A stretch of DNA of 64,000 nt from positions 82,557 through 146,556 of the IMG/VR virus record IMGVR_UViG_3300007511_000004; one strand, given 5' to 3'. This DNA is from a virus. Shown in pieces: positions 46,899-56,694 of the stretch (positions within the stretch are counted from its first letter, which is position 1; each line of letters starts with the position of its first letter). The translations under genes and the position numbers were made by a program. The notes under the pieces are model-generated. The model was not told the origin of the DNA and ran no database searches. It saw nothing but the letters and a program-made list of their open reading frames with translations.

Positions 46899-47489
46899 AT
46901 GTGTGATTATAATAAAGTAATCCTAACCGATTGCGATGGTGTACTACTAAATTGGGAATATGCCTTTAACACCTGGATGGCTCGGCATGGGTATTCTGCT
47001 GATGGTGAAGCCGGATTGATTTACGATATGTCCGAACGGTATAAGATGCCGAAATCCGAAATGTCTCGGCTGATTAAACACTTTAATGAATCTTCGGCTA
47101 TTGGATTCCTCCCGCCTCTTCGGGATGCTATGTACTACATTGATCTACTCCACCGGAAATTCGGCTATGTCTTTCATATGATTACCTCACTATCCCTAGA
47201 GCCATCCGCTCAGACTCTGCGGATACAAAACACAAAGAAACTATTTGGTGAGACTGCTTTCGAGAAGTTCATCTTCTGTGATACTGGCGCCGATAAAGAC
47301 GAAGCGCTTCAGCCTTATCAAGATAGTGGATATTTTTGGGTTGAAGATAAAGTCGAAAACTGCGACCTAGGTAGTGAAATGGGTCTTAATTCTATTCTAA
47401 TGGAGCATGGGCATAATATGGATAATACCGATCACCAATTGGTTAAGAACTGGAAGGAGATCTACGAATTAGTTTCTTCGAATTATTAA
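46899..47489 (+). CDS. HAD-family 5'-nucleotidase-like phosphatase (T4 30.2-like)
   Basis: DCDGVL, ITS, WVEDK. Confidence 0.8.
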   Translation: MCDYNKVILTDCDGVLLNWEYAFNTWMARHGYSADGEAGLIYDMSERYKMPKSEMSRLIKHFNESSAIGFLPPLRDAMYYIDLLHRKFGYVFHMITSLSLEPSAQTLRIQNTKKLFGETAFEKFIFCDTGADKDEALQPYQDSGYFWVEDKVENCDLGSEMGLNSILMEHGHNMDNTDHQLVKNWKEIYELVSSNY

Positions 47490-47658
47490 ACCTTAGAAGT
47501 CAATGGGAAGAATACGCTCGTAATTTTGTGGGGGTAGATCGATCCGGTACAATTGAATCACTAAGGTACTTTGTCGCGGACGGACCACGAAAGAACCGGT
47601 TCCGCCCAAAATTTAATGAAGCAATGGATATTGCTAAAAGTATTCTGGATGAGACCAA

Positions 47659-48444
47659 ATGAAACGACTGATCTATCAGGTATCCGTAGGAGCTCCTTCG
47701 AAGCTGTATCAGCATTGTACGGCGTCAGTAGAAGAATACTGTAAAAAGTACGGTATTGACTATATTAAACAGACCACGCCGAGTCTATGTATTCGACCTG
47801 ACCCTTTCACTTCGAATCGATCTGCGGAATGTCAGGCCAGAGCTCTACCCCTTCCAATTTACGAGAAAGAGAATGCCCTTGCGTACTTCCCGGAGTACGA
47901 TCAAATTGCCATTATTGATTCTGATATTTGGATTCGGGATACCGCGCCTAACATATTTGACACAATCAGCGTGAAACCGAAAACGGACTTTGCTGCTGTT
48001 GTTGAAAGAGATATGCCCATTACTGATCAATACAAGGGGAAGATCTTAAACTACTCTAGGATGCAGTACAGCACTCTACACCCAAAGGTAAACTTTGAGC
48101 CTAATCATTTAGGTTATGAGTTTATGAATATGGGGGTAATGGTAATGAATAAATCTATTACAAAATATCTGAAAGGTCAGAGTCCCAAGGAGTTCCTCGA
48201 TCGACCCGAGTTCAAACCGTTTATTGACGGGGTAGGTCCCTGGAAATGGAGTACCGACCAAACCCTGTTAAATTGGTGGATCCGCAAAGAAAAAATGAAC
48301 ATCCAAAGAATGCATTGGAAGTGGAACGGGCTCTATACGGCCAATAGGAAGATTAAACATTGTCACTTTGTCCACTTCTTCCTTAAGGATAAGCTACCTA
48401 ATCGAGGCGAGAATGTAGCTGACCTAATGAGCGCAATAGAATGA
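47659..48444 (+). CDS. glycosyltransferase (GT-A)
   Basis: YC..YG.DY, IDSDI, NMGVMV, DQ.LLN, FVHF. Confidence 0.8.
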   Translation: MKRLIYQVSVGAPSKLYQHCTASVEEYCKKYGIDYIKQTTPSLCIRPDPFTSNRSAECQARALPLPIYEKENALAYFPEYDQIAIIDSDIWIRDTAPNIFDTISVKPKTDFAAVVERDMPITDQYKGKILNYSRMQYSTLHPKVNFEPNHLGYEFMNMGVMVMNKSITKYLKGQSPKEFLDRPEFKPFIDGVGPWKWSTDQTLLNWWIRKEKMNIQRMHWKWNGLYTANRKIKHCHFVHFFLKDKLPNRGENVADLMSAIE

Positions 48445-49112
48445 AGAACCTTATCCTACAGCATTATAGCGGGGATATAGATCCACTGGCCCGATTATCT
48501 ATTGAGAATATCGAGGAATATGCGGACCTCAATTGGAACGACTATAAGTTACTCCGAGGCCCAGTATTTAATGCGAGCCTGTCTCCCCAATGTCAGAAGC
48601 TTGCAATTCTTGACGAGCAATTCGATGATTATGATAATGTGGTGATGCTCGATGCGGATATGTTTGCCAGAACCTCTAAGAACATTTTTGATGCAACTGG
48701 AATGGGCCGACATACTAAAATACAAGCTAAATTGCTAAGCCGTATTAGCTACCGATATCCAGACTTTGCCAATAAAGACGCACCTTATTGGGGTGGCGCG
48801 GTATATAAGTTCGATAGAAAAACTCGACAGAAGTTGCGGGCAGTAATACCTGATATAGGTAAGTTAATTGAAATGGATCGGATGCTAAGGGATGAAAGCA
48901 TCATGCATTACCTTGCATGGAAGGCTAAAATTCCGGTAGACGATGAGACCTACTTCTCGGGAGATTGTGGTGGCGAGGAATGGGACATGAACAGTTTTGA
49001 TGATCCCATTAATGGAAACATTATCCATATCCGACCCAAGTGGACACTGACGGGACCAAAGGCAACCAAGTTGGAAATCTATAGGGATCTAGTTAAGAAA
49101 TGCGTAATCTAA
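48441..49112 (+). CDS. glycosyltransferase (GT-A)
   Basis: YA.....Y, QKL, LDADM, DE. Confidence 0.7.
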   Translation: MKNLILQHYSGDIDPLARLSIENIEEYADLNWNDYKLLRGPVFNASLSPQCQKLAILDEQFDDYDNVVMLDADMFARTSKNIFDATGMGRHTKIQAKLLSRISYRYPDFANKDAPYWGGAVYKFDRKTRQKLRAVIPDIGKLIEMDRMLRDESIMHYLAWKAKIPVDDETYFSGDCGGEEWDMNSFDDPINGNIIHIRPKWTLTGPKATKLEIYRDLVKKCVI

Positions 49113-49888
49113 TATATCAATTCTGGAACGGTAGGTTACCTTATTATGCCAATGCTTCTAGACAAGTAATAGAAGAATATGCAAAGAACATTGGGGCCGA
49201 GTATCGATGCGATATTAATGAGCCCTTCTTTAAAGGCCCTAATTCCAATTATCTGAATTGTCTTCGACCAGTTTATGATCGGGAATTCGATGCATATGAT
49301 AAGGTACTATTCCTTGATATGGATATCTTTACGGTCGAAGACGTAACTGATAATATCTTTGATGTGCCAGTGGATGGTATTGGTATGGTTCAGGAAATAC
49401 TGCAGCCATCCCTACGTGAAAAATCCCCATCAGCTATCAACACTCGTAATGATAAGGAATGGGCGAATCTCCTGGAAAAGAAGTGGGACATTGTGGTACC
49501 ACGGGATACCAAGAATCGACCGTTAGTCTATAACTCGGGAGTGGTTCTATATACACGGGAGGCAAGGGTTGCAGCCCGGAAGAACTGGCTGACATACGAA
49601 GCTTATCATAAATCCACGAATCGATTTAATAAGTTTTATCAACTTGATCAGAATTACCTCGGAGCAGTAGCTTTCTCGGGAATTACACCATTTACGGAAC
49701 TTGATCTTAAATGGAATGCCCAAGTCCACTATACCGGAGATAATCGCCCTCGCAGTGTTATCGATAATCGGAAAAAAGGTACCGTCTTCGTCCACATCCA
49801 AACCCGCCCTAGAGATATCTTGGATGATACGATGATCTATGATATTGTTAATCGCCCCGTACAGGACTGGAGACATCGAAATGATTAA
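49100..49888 (+). CDS. glycosyltransferase (GT-A)
   Basis: LDMDI, YNSGVV, DQNYL, KWN, FVH. Confidence 0.8.
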   Translation: MRNLIYQFWNGRLPYYANASRQVIEEYAKNIGAEYRCDINEPFFKGPNSNYLNCLRPVYDREFDAYDKVLFLDMDIFTVEDVTDNIFDVPVDGIGMVQEILQPSLREKSPSAINTRNDKEWANLLEKKWDIVVPRDTKNRPLVYNSGVVLYTREARVAARKNWLTYEAYHKSTNRFNKFYQLDQNYLGAVAFSGITPFTELDLKWNAQVHYTGDNRPRSVIDNRKKGTVFVHIQTRPRDILDDTMIYDIVNRPVQDWRHRND

Positions 49889-50462
49889 TTCCGAATTAGG
49901 ACATGTAACTTCTGTTCAGGAGTTCAATCCTGAAATCCGCCGACAACAGGAGGAAGCCCACGGTGAAAATTACTGCGCCATTCACGACGCCATCCGCAAG
50001 TATGCAAAGAAAGCCGATTGTAAAAATTACATGGAGATTGGCGTACATCAAGGTGGCACTGCATCGGTAGCTCTTTTATCGGGCTTCGATCGAGTACAAT
50101 TAGTAGATATCGATCTTTCTCGATATAACAAATTTCTTAGACCACTTGCTGAAAAACATGTAGAAGAGAATAATATTGAATTAGTGACTATTCAGGGGGA
50201 TGGACGAAAATTGGAGTCATTGGGATACTCCGATATGCTAGTAATCGATTCGTACCATCACCCGCATCACATGATCGAGGAGCTAAAGCTTCATGGTCCC
50301 ACGGTTAGAAAATACATTATCGCGCATGATACCGCTATCATTAATGGGAAGGCTGATAATTCACTATATCGTTGTTTAAAGAATTGGGGCGATCAAAATG
50401 GATGGGTGTTAATAGAGAACTGTACCGATAACGTTGGCTATACTGTTATAGGGAGATTATAA
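49881..50462 (+). CDS. class I SAM-dependent methyltransferase
   Basis: MEIGV..G.T, VDID, IDS.H, IAHDT. Confidence 0.75.
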   Translation: MINSELGHVTSVQEFNPEIRRQQEEAHGENYCAIHDAIRKYAKKADCKNYMEIGVHQGGTASVALLSGFDRVQLVDIDLSRYNKFLRPLAEKHVEENNIELVTIQGDGRKLESLGYSDMLVIDSYHHPHHMIEELKLHGPTVRKYIIAHDTAIINGKADNSLYRCLKNWGDQNGWVLIENCTDNVGYTVIGRL

Positions 50463-50463
50463 T

Positions 50464-51402
50464 ATGAAAGTAGTAATCACGGGCCTTGCGGGCTTTATTG
50501 GTTACCACACCGCCCTCAAATTCACGGAAATGGGGCATGAGGTATATGGTTTTGATAATTATAATCCCTACTATAACCCAGATCTGAAGCATGATCGGGC
50601 TGCAGAACTTAGGAAGGTTGGTATCCAAACCCCCAATATGGACCTACTAGCACCTAATGAGGTTCGTAATTTCTTAGAAGAGATTAAGCCGGATTTGGTC
50701 ATTCACCTGGCAGCATCCGCCGGGATTCGGGTGTCATTAAAAGAACCAATTGCTTATATTAATAACAATATTGTTGCGACGCAAAATCTGATCAATGCAT
50801 GTGAAGCCGTTGGGGTAGAGAATGTTATCTACGCTTCAACCTCTTGTGTGATGCAGGGGTGCCCAACCCCGTGGACTGAAGATATGATATCAGAGCATCA
50901 TCTTAGCCCCTATGGATACACCAAGGCAACTAATGAGCATCAGTTCCACGTGTCTAAGGTTACAAATACTGTCGGTCTTAGGTTCTTTACTGTCTATGGG
51001 CCATGGGGTAGGCCTGACATGGCTTTATTCACATTCACAGAAAAGATGATTAATAATGAGCCAATTACGGTATATAATAACGGCAATATGAAGCGGGATT
51101 TCACATATGTCGATGATATCGTTCAGGGGATTTATCTAGTATCCCAGAATATGACCGAACGGAATATCTATAATATCGGATATGGGAAGCCGGTAGACCT
51201 AATGGATTTTATCCAAGAGATTGAATCCAATGTTGGCAACGGTAAGGCCGAGTATGATTTCCAACCTCATCATCCGGCCGATGCCAAAGAGACCTGGAGC
51301 GATACGAGTAAATTGCAAAAGCTAGGATATAGACCGACGACCCCAGTTAAAGCCGGAGTAAGGAACTTTGTTAATTGGTATAGGGAGTATTACAAATGTT
51401 GA
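50464..51402 (+). CDS. NAD-dependent nucleotide-sugar epimerase (UDP-glucuronate 4-epimerase-like)
   Basis: TGLAGFIG, HLAA.AG.R.S, YGYTK, RFFTVYGPWGRPDMA, RDFTYVDD. Confidence 0.92.
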   Translation: MKVVITGLAGFIGYHTALKFTEMGHEVYGFDNYNPYYNPDLKHDRAAELRKVGIQTPNMDLLAPNEVRNFLEEIKPDLVIHLAASAGIRVSLKEPIAYINNNIVATQNLINACEAVGVENVIYASTSCVMQGCPTPWTEDMISEHHLSPYGYTKATNEHQFHVSKVTNTVGLRFFTVYGPWGRPDMALFTFTEKMINNEPITVYNNGNMKRDFTYVDDIVQGIYLVSQNMTERNIYNIGYGKPVDLMDFIQEIESNVGNGKAEYDFQPHHPADAKETWSDTSKLQKLGYRPTTPVKAGVRNFVNWYREYYKC

Positions 51403-52073
51403 GTTACGCGATTGTAATCAAAGATCATCCAGTTTCTGAAAAGGCTTTTGAAAGATTACAATCAAGCACTGAACTAAAGATTAATCGCTTCGATGCAATT
51501 GTCCCAGAGGAAGTTGAAGAGAAGCTTGCCCTATTTGGTGTCGAATGGGATTATCCTTGGACCGGCCAGGAGGTATCCATTACAGCAGGCTTAAGGAAGT
51601 CCGCATATCCCACCAAAAATAAAAAAGCTAGAATCGCTGCTGCTCTTAGTCATTATACCCTTTGGCATATGACTCTGGTCCACAACTCCCCCGTCTTAAT
51701 TCTTGAGCATGATGCAATCTTCGATCGACCGATTAACTTTGATCCTGATTCGTATAGGTATGACGTCATCGGGATAAACAATCCAATCGGTGCAACTCGG
51801 CGATCTGCTCAATTCCATTCAACTGTACAATTATCCGAGGGAAGAATTGTACCAGTGCCGTGGATCGATGATAAGATGGTACCACAAGGACTGGCCGGGA
51901 ACTCTGCATATATAATTAAACCACGAGGTGCAAAGGCTCTTATAAAAGCCGTAGATGACTACGGACTTTGGCCAAATGATGCAATTATGTGTAAACAGCT
52001 AATCCCTAATATGGGGGTAACCAAGGAATACTATACTCGGGTTCAGGGAACTAGGAGCACTACTACACTATGA
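51396..52073 (+). CDS. glycosyltransferase family 25-like
   Basis: RFDA, ALSHY.LW, ILEHDA, AY.I.P.GA..L. Confidence 0.8.
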   Translation: MLSYAIVIKDHPVSEKAFERLQSSTELKINRFDAIVPEEVEEKLALFGVEWDYPWTGQEVSITAGLRKSAYPTKNKKARIAAALSHYTLWHMTLVHNSPVLILEHDAIFDRPINFDPDSYRYDVIGINNPIGATRRSAQFHSTVQLSEGRIVPVPWIDDKMVPQGLAGNSAYIIKPRGAKALIKAVDDYGLWPNDAIMCKQLIPNMGVTKEYYTRVQGTRSTTTL

Positions 52074-52714
52074 AGACATATGTGATTACAATAGAAAGTA
52101 TGTTAGAATCGGTTCAAACCGCAAACCGTTGTATAAAATCTGGCCTACCCTTTGGTCTTACTATTGAAAAGCATCGGGCGACAACGCCCGCAGACGATCC
52201 AGAACGAATTATGGAAAAGCTGGGGATTCTGAATACTGTCCAATTCAACGAGATATATTCTCGCCGATTGAATTGCATGTCAGCTTTCTTATCACATTAC
52301 TCATTGTGGGAGAAATCGGTTGAAACGAATGAAGATATCTTAATCCTAGAACACGACGCAATAATTAAAGGGCATGTTCCCGATATCCCATTCAAAGGGT
52401 GTATATCATATGGCGCACCATCTTATGGTAGATATAATATTCCCATGACTTTGGGTGTTGGTCCGCTGGTCAGCAAACCATATTTCCCGGGCGCACATGC
52501 ATATAAGATATCACCTTGGGGTGCAAAGCGCCTAATCAAAAAGGCTAAACTGGCAGCGGGTCCAACGGATACTTTTCTTAATATTGAAAATTTCCCATTC
52601 CTTCAAGAATATTATCCGTGGCCAATAGTTGCCCGGGATAATTTCACTACTATCCAGAACCCAAATGGTTGCTTTGCTAAACATAATTACGGGGAAGCTT
52701 ATGAAATACTCTAA
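52070..52714 (+). CDS. glycosyltransferase family 25-like
   Basis: FLSHY.LW, ILEHDA, GAHAY.I.P.GA..L. Confidence 0.8.
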   Translation: MKTYVITIESMLESVQTANRCIKSGLPFGLTIEKHRATTPADDPERIMEKLGILNTVQFNEIYSRRLNCMSAFLSHYSLWEKSVETNEDILILEHDAIIKGHVPDIPFKGCISYGAPSYGRYNIPMTLGVGPLVSKPYFPGAHAYKISPWGAKRLIKKAKLAAGPTDTFLNIENFPFLQEYYPWPIVARDNFTTIQNPNGCFAKHNYGEAYEIL

Positions 52715-53300
52715 TCTATTCATTACGGGATGTGATAGTAATACTAGGTGGCAACTGGAATGGTTTAAAAAGAATTTTTATTTACATATGCCAGACGCCC
52801 ATTTATATGTTTTCGACTTTGATACATTTTTACCCGAACTTAAGGGTTGGTTTAAAAAGCCGGGTGCAATGTACGAAGCATCTAAGCTATCTAGAAACGT
52901 ATGCTGGCTAGATACTGATTGTGAGATCCGGGCGGATATTTCAGACATATGGGATAATGTCGGGCCTAATACTTTGGGTATGGTTGAAGACCGACCTTGG
53001 TCCACACGCAGAGGTGAACCGTGGCATAATAGTGGGGTAGTAGCATATAAAGGTGGTCGACCAGATATTTTAAGTGAATGGGCAACCGCTTGTTACACTA
53101 ATCCTCAGGATGGCGACCAACAGGTTCTTCATAGTCTGTTGAATGGGTTAAGAAGGGTAATTCATATCAGTGATCTACCCAGACAATATAACACGTTACG
53201 ACTTGATCTGATAGATAATACTGCTCCAAAGAATATTAAAGTTATGCACTGGACTGGACGCAAAGGTAATGAGAAGATTAGAGAGATGATAAATGAGTAA
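52701..53300 (+). CDS. glycosyltransferase (GT-A)
   Basis: WF.KP, WLDTD, NSGVV, GDQ..L, YN, HWTG..G. Confidence 0.78.
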   Translation: MKYSNLFITGCDSNTRWQLEWFKKNFYLHMPDAHLYVFDFDTFLPELKGWFKKPGAMYEASKLSRNVCWLDTDCEIRADISDIWDNVGPNTLGMVEDRPWSTRRGEPWHNSGVVAYKGGRPDILSEWATACYTNPQDGDQQVLHSLLNGLRRVIHISDLPRQYNTLRLDLIDNTAPKNIKVMHWTGRKGNEKIREMINE

Positions 53301-53916
53301 GATTGTTCATATTATTGGTAACGGCCCGACATCAGCAATGACGTACGATCCTAACGTTCCCGGGGACAAGTACACCTGTAACCTCCCACCGTTTCCCGTA
53401 CCGGGCGCAAAGGCTACTTTTATGGTAGACTTCAAGATGATGAACGCGATCACTCTAGGCGAGCTACAAGTGCCTGGTGAGTGGATCGTTGGAATGAGAC
53501 CAAAGAAATGGTGTGAGTCTCGACCTAACTTTTATCTTAAGTTTGCTCGCCAGATTAAAGAATTCTTTTTAGAGAAACCCCCATATGTAGCAAACTATAC
53601 CGACTTTAACTGTGGACATATGGGAGTATATTATATTGCAAAGAAATTAAAGGCGGATGAGATCCACATGTATGGGTTCGACTCAATCTTCGATTTCGAT
53701 CTAAGAAGCTGTACAGATTTCTACTTAGGCTCAGATAGGAGTACAGGTAATAACGCAAGGCTGACCGGCAACTGGCGTCCCGTCTGGAATGAAATGTTTA
53801 AAGAATTCAAGAATACCAAGTTTATTCTTTACCATAAGCATAACAATATTAAGCTCAATATTCCCGACAACGTAGAGATAAAAGTCATAAATAAAAATAC
53901 CCGGAAAATTAGCTGA
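53293..53916 (+). CDS. glycan-related protein (sialyl/KDO-transferase- or DUF115-like)
   Basis: IIGNGP, N.G, EI..YGFD. Confidence 0.45.
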   Translation: MSKIVHIIGNGPTSAMTYDPNVPGDKYTCNLPPFPVPGAKATFMVDFKMMNAITLGELQVPGEWIVGMRPKKWCESRPNFYLKFARQIKEFFLEKPPYVANYTDFNCGHMGVYYIAKKLKADEIHMYGFDSIFDFDLRSCTDFYLGSDRSTGNNARLTGNWRPVWNEMFKEFKNTKFILYHKHNNIKLNIPDNVEIKVINKNTRKIS

Positions 53917-53930
53917 AAAAAGTTGAATTA

Positions 53931-53964
53931 GGGGGTTTACAAATGACCCGAAAAGCCTTATATT
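53931..53964 (+). promoter_or_regulatory. early promoter (variant)
   Basis: gggggTTTACA-17-TATATT. Confidence 0.8.
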
Positions 53965-53987
53965 GATAAGGTGAAAGGGGATACATT

Positions 53988-54188
53988 ATGAATGGATTTG
54001 ATATTCAGGGGGCTATGGAAATTAGCACCCGTCTCAGAGAAATGGCTTCGCTGGCAGCTGCTGGTGATATTGAGGTCCTTCTAAAAGAACTATATGTAGA
54101 TATTAATCGTTATGACCAGATCATAGAGGAAATAGATGCATACCAATTCGCCGAATACAACGGACAAGGATGCAATTCCTATGGCTAA
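53988..54188 (+). CDS. hypothetical protein
   Basis: follows early promoter. Confidence 0.55.
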   Translation: MNGFDIQGAMEISTRLREMASLAAAGDIEVLLKELYVDINRYDQIIEEIDAYQFAEYNGQGCNSYG

Positions 54189-54362
54189 TGTAATTGATGA
54201 CCCCTGCGATGATTGCGTAGAAAACCTCCAAGGATGGATTAGACCTGATGCTAAAGCCGATAAAAACGTGTCCCACGAAAAACCGACTAAATGGAATGGA
54301 TACATCTGGGAATGGAGTGAATCCATTCGAGTATGATAATGGATACAAAGGAGAGCAACCTT

Positions 54363-54848
54363 ATGCCGAATTTGAAGAAGAGTGTGGCTGCAACGGCAAT
54401 TGCAATTGCAACTGTGGCTGCGATAACAACTGCGACGACTGCAAATGCAGCTGAAAGCTTTCGATCTAACACAGTAAAGAATGTCTGGATTCAAGACGTT
54501 TATACTGAAATAGAAAGCGTTCAACCCTATGAGAGTCAAGAATGTGTAATGGTCCGCTCTGGTGGTGGTGACGCCGCAACTGGTGCTCTATTCGGAATGA
54601 TACTTGGCGGATTGGCTGGCAAAGGCGCTACCGGTGATGACAACGGTGCCGCAGCCGGGGCAGTGATTGGTGGGATAATTGGAGCCGATCGTGCAGCAAG
54701 GCTGGGGCCAGGACATCTAACTGAAAAATGTACAGATGTTACCAGATACTATTCAACGATCCAAACAGTCTATGACTATTCAGTTATCACTTTCAAGTAT
54801 GAAGGCGTTGAATACTCCTTAACCTTCATCAAACAAAATTTCAAATAA
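54363..54848 (+). CDS. glycine-zipper exported protein
   Basis: Ala/Thr signal peptide; GALFGMILGG...GAAAGAVIGGIIG. Confidence 0.75.
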   Translation: MPNLKKSVAATAIAIATVAAITTATTANAAESFRSNTVKNVWIQDVYTEIESVQPYESQECVMVRSGGGDAATGALFGMILGGLAGKGATGDDNGAAAGAVIGGIIGADRAARLGPGHLTEKCTDVTRYYSTIQTVYDYSVITFKYEGVEYSLTFIKQNFK

Positions 54849-54857
54849 AAAATAAAA

Positions 54858-54934
54858 GTCTCCGTAGCTCAGCAGGATAGAGCATGTGCCTTCTAAGCAT
54901 AGGGTCGAGGGTTCGAATCCTTCCGGGGACGCCA
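54858..54934 (+). tRNA. tRNA-Arg(UCU)
   Basis: cloverleaf, anticodon loop CT-TCT-AA, GTTCGAATC, encoded CCA. Confidence 0.95.
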
Positions 54935-54938
54935 AATT

Positions 54939-55013
54939 AGTTCTGGGGTGTGATGGTTGCACGCAGCGCTCATAACGCTTGTAGATAGGGTTCGAGTCCC
55001 TACGGAACTACCA
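54939..55013 (+). tRNA. tRNA with CAU anticodon (Met or Ile2)
   Basis: agttctg/cggaact acceptor stem, CT-CAT-AA loop, GTTCGAGTC, ACCA. Confidence 0.85.
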
Positions 55014-55051
55014 AAAGCGGACGTGATGGTAACCAAACCATGTAGTCCATA

Positions 55052-55136
55052 GCAGGTGAGTGCATTAGAGTTAGTGTGCTTAAAGTGACGAGCTGGATGG
55101 TTGCAAACATGGACCAGTCTCCGCTCACCTGTGCCA
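55052..55136 (+). ncRNA. CCA-ending structured RNA of unknown class
   Basis: 11-bp terminal stem gcaggtgagtg/cgctcacctgt followed by GCCA; no canonical cloverleaf. Confidence 0.55.
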
Positions 55137-55143
55137 AATAAAT

Positions 55144-55220
55144 GCGGACGTGATGGAACTGGTATACATACAACACTTAAAATGTTGGTTTTGCGGGTTC
55201 GAGTCCCGCCGTCCGTACCA
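55144..55220 (+). tRNA. tRNA-Leu(UAA), short variable loop
   Basis: gcggacg/cgtccgt stem, caaca-CT-TAA-AA-tgttg, GTTCGAGTC, ACCA. Confidence 0.9.
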
Positions 55221-55237
55221 CTACCAGGAGATAAGCT

Positions 55238-55966
55238 ATGAAGGTTAAACTGGGGCCTTATGTAAATTGGTATGGCCCCTATCAGCTGGCTGAAACGTTG
55301 ATGTTCTGGGTACCAGATAAGAAAGACGAATATGGGATTACTACCCCCGCTGATTGTGTGCACAATTTCGGGGAATGGCTTGCTTTTGGTAAAGTTCTAC
55401 CCGAACCCGGTGAAGGCGAGGTCTACACTATATGGGAAGACCGTCCGAAAACCTGGTTGTATAAGCTCCTATTATGGATACATAGTAAGAAGAAGCGGAC
55501 CGTCGATGTGCATATCGATCGATGGGATACCTGGTCCATGGATGTTACACTGGGTCACATTATTCGACCTATGCTTAAGCACTTAAAGGCGAATAAGCGG
55601 GGCGCTCCGAACGTAGATCGCGATGATGTACCTAAAGGACTATCACCCACAAGGAAAGAAGCGAACGCCTACAATAAAAACGGCACCACGGATGACAAGT
55701 TCTTTGAGCGTTGGGATTGGGTTGTTGATGAGATGATCTTCGCATTCGAAAGCCTCGAGGGTGGGGCTAACGCTGGTTGGGAGAACCAGTTTACCACGGG
55801 GAAATCTGACCTTCAGTGGAGAAAAAATAATGATAATACCAGCACCATGGTTAAGGGGCCTAATCATACGGCCGAAACGGATTGGGATGCATGCAAAGCA
55901 TACCATAAGAGGGTAGAAAATGGGTTCCGACTCTTTGGTAAATATTTCGGAGCTTTATGGCACTAA
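55238..55966 (+). CDS. conserved phage hypothetical protein
   Basis: ID.WDTWSMD.TL..II.PML, RWDW..DEMIFAF, NGF.LFGKY...LW. Confidence 0.75.
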   Translation: MKVKLGPYVNWYGPYQLAETLMFWVPDKKDEYGITTPADCVHNFGEWLAFGKVLPEPGEGEVYTIWEDRPKTWLYKLLLWIHSKKKRTVDVHIDRWDTWSMDVTLGHIIRPMLKHLKANKRGAPNVDRDDVPKGLSPTRKEANAYNKNGTTDDKFFERWDWVVDEMIFAFESLEGGANAGWENQFTTGKSDLQWRKNNDNTSTMVKGPNHTAETDWDACKAYHKRVENGFRLFGKYFGALWH

Positions 55967-55990
55967 AATTATAAATCCATAAATATCCGT

Positions 55991-56452
55991 ATGAGATATT
56001 TAACGACTTTCTTTATATGGTTACTAACTGCTAACGCGGGATACTCTGAAGGTCAGAGAATATTGCATGAAGCAGTACAATATATCGGATTAAATGAAAG
56101 AGATGACACAGATCAATTAGAAGACCTTTTAGGACTCAACCCGCTAGAAACACCTTGGTGCGCAACCTTTCTCAATGCGATATTAGTCGACATTGGCCTT
56201 GAGGGCACGGATTCTAACCTCGCGAGAAGTTTCCAAGAATGGGGGCAGGAGGTTGAGATTCCCGAAATGGGAGATCTGGCAGTATTAAGCCGTCCGCCAG
56301 TAAGTTGGCAAGGCCATGTCGGTATCTATATCGATCAAATAAACATCGATGACGTCGATTATTTGGTACTATTGGGCGGAAATCAGGATGACAGGGTGGG
56401 TCTTAAACTGTACCCTGCCCATCGATTACTTTCAATTAGGAGAATACCTTAA
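55991..56452 (+). CDS. NlpC/P60-CHAP peptidoglycan peptidase (TIGR02594-like)
   Basis: signal peptide, TPWCA.F.N, ARSF..WG, QGHVG, LGGNQ. Confidence 0.85.
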   Translation: MRYLTTFFIWLLTANAGYSEGQRILHEAVQYIGLNERDDTDQLEDLLGLNPLETPWCATFLNAILVDIGLEGTDSNLARSFQEWGQEVEIPEMGDLAVLSRPPVSWQGHVGIYIDQINIDDVDYLVLLGGNQDDRVGLKLYPAHRLLSIRRIP

Positions 56453-56694
56453 TGGATCAAGAATGCTGGAATTCTGCCGAGCGGCTGGGGCATATCGCTT
56501 TCGATGTGATTCGTAATGATTTCCACCGACCAATTACTTCTGGTAAATGCGATAGGGAAAACATCGAGAATCACGTCCTGGATGGGGTGTATCAGGCTGA
56601 ACTACCACCAATGAATGAAGCCGATGTAGCTTTTATATGTGATATTGTTGATGATCTGATTATAATAAATACGAATAATGGGGAGGTCACATGA
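56452..56694 (+). CDS. hypothetical protein
   Basis: ORF in operon. Confidence 0.5.
   Translation: MDQECWNSAERLGHIAFDVIRNDFHRPITSGKCDRENIENHVLDGVYQAELPPMNEADVAFICDIVDDLIIINTNNGEVT

Noticed and set aside
54248-54454. Metallothionein-like Cys-rich ORF (CGCNGNCNCNCGC...)
   Set aside because: It is the shifted-frame reading of GCA/ACT/GCG codons in the Ala/Thr-rich signal peptide of the glycine-zipper gene.
54893-55363. Minus-strand 156-aa ORF
   Set aside because: Antisense to the tRNA cluster; a shadow ORF.
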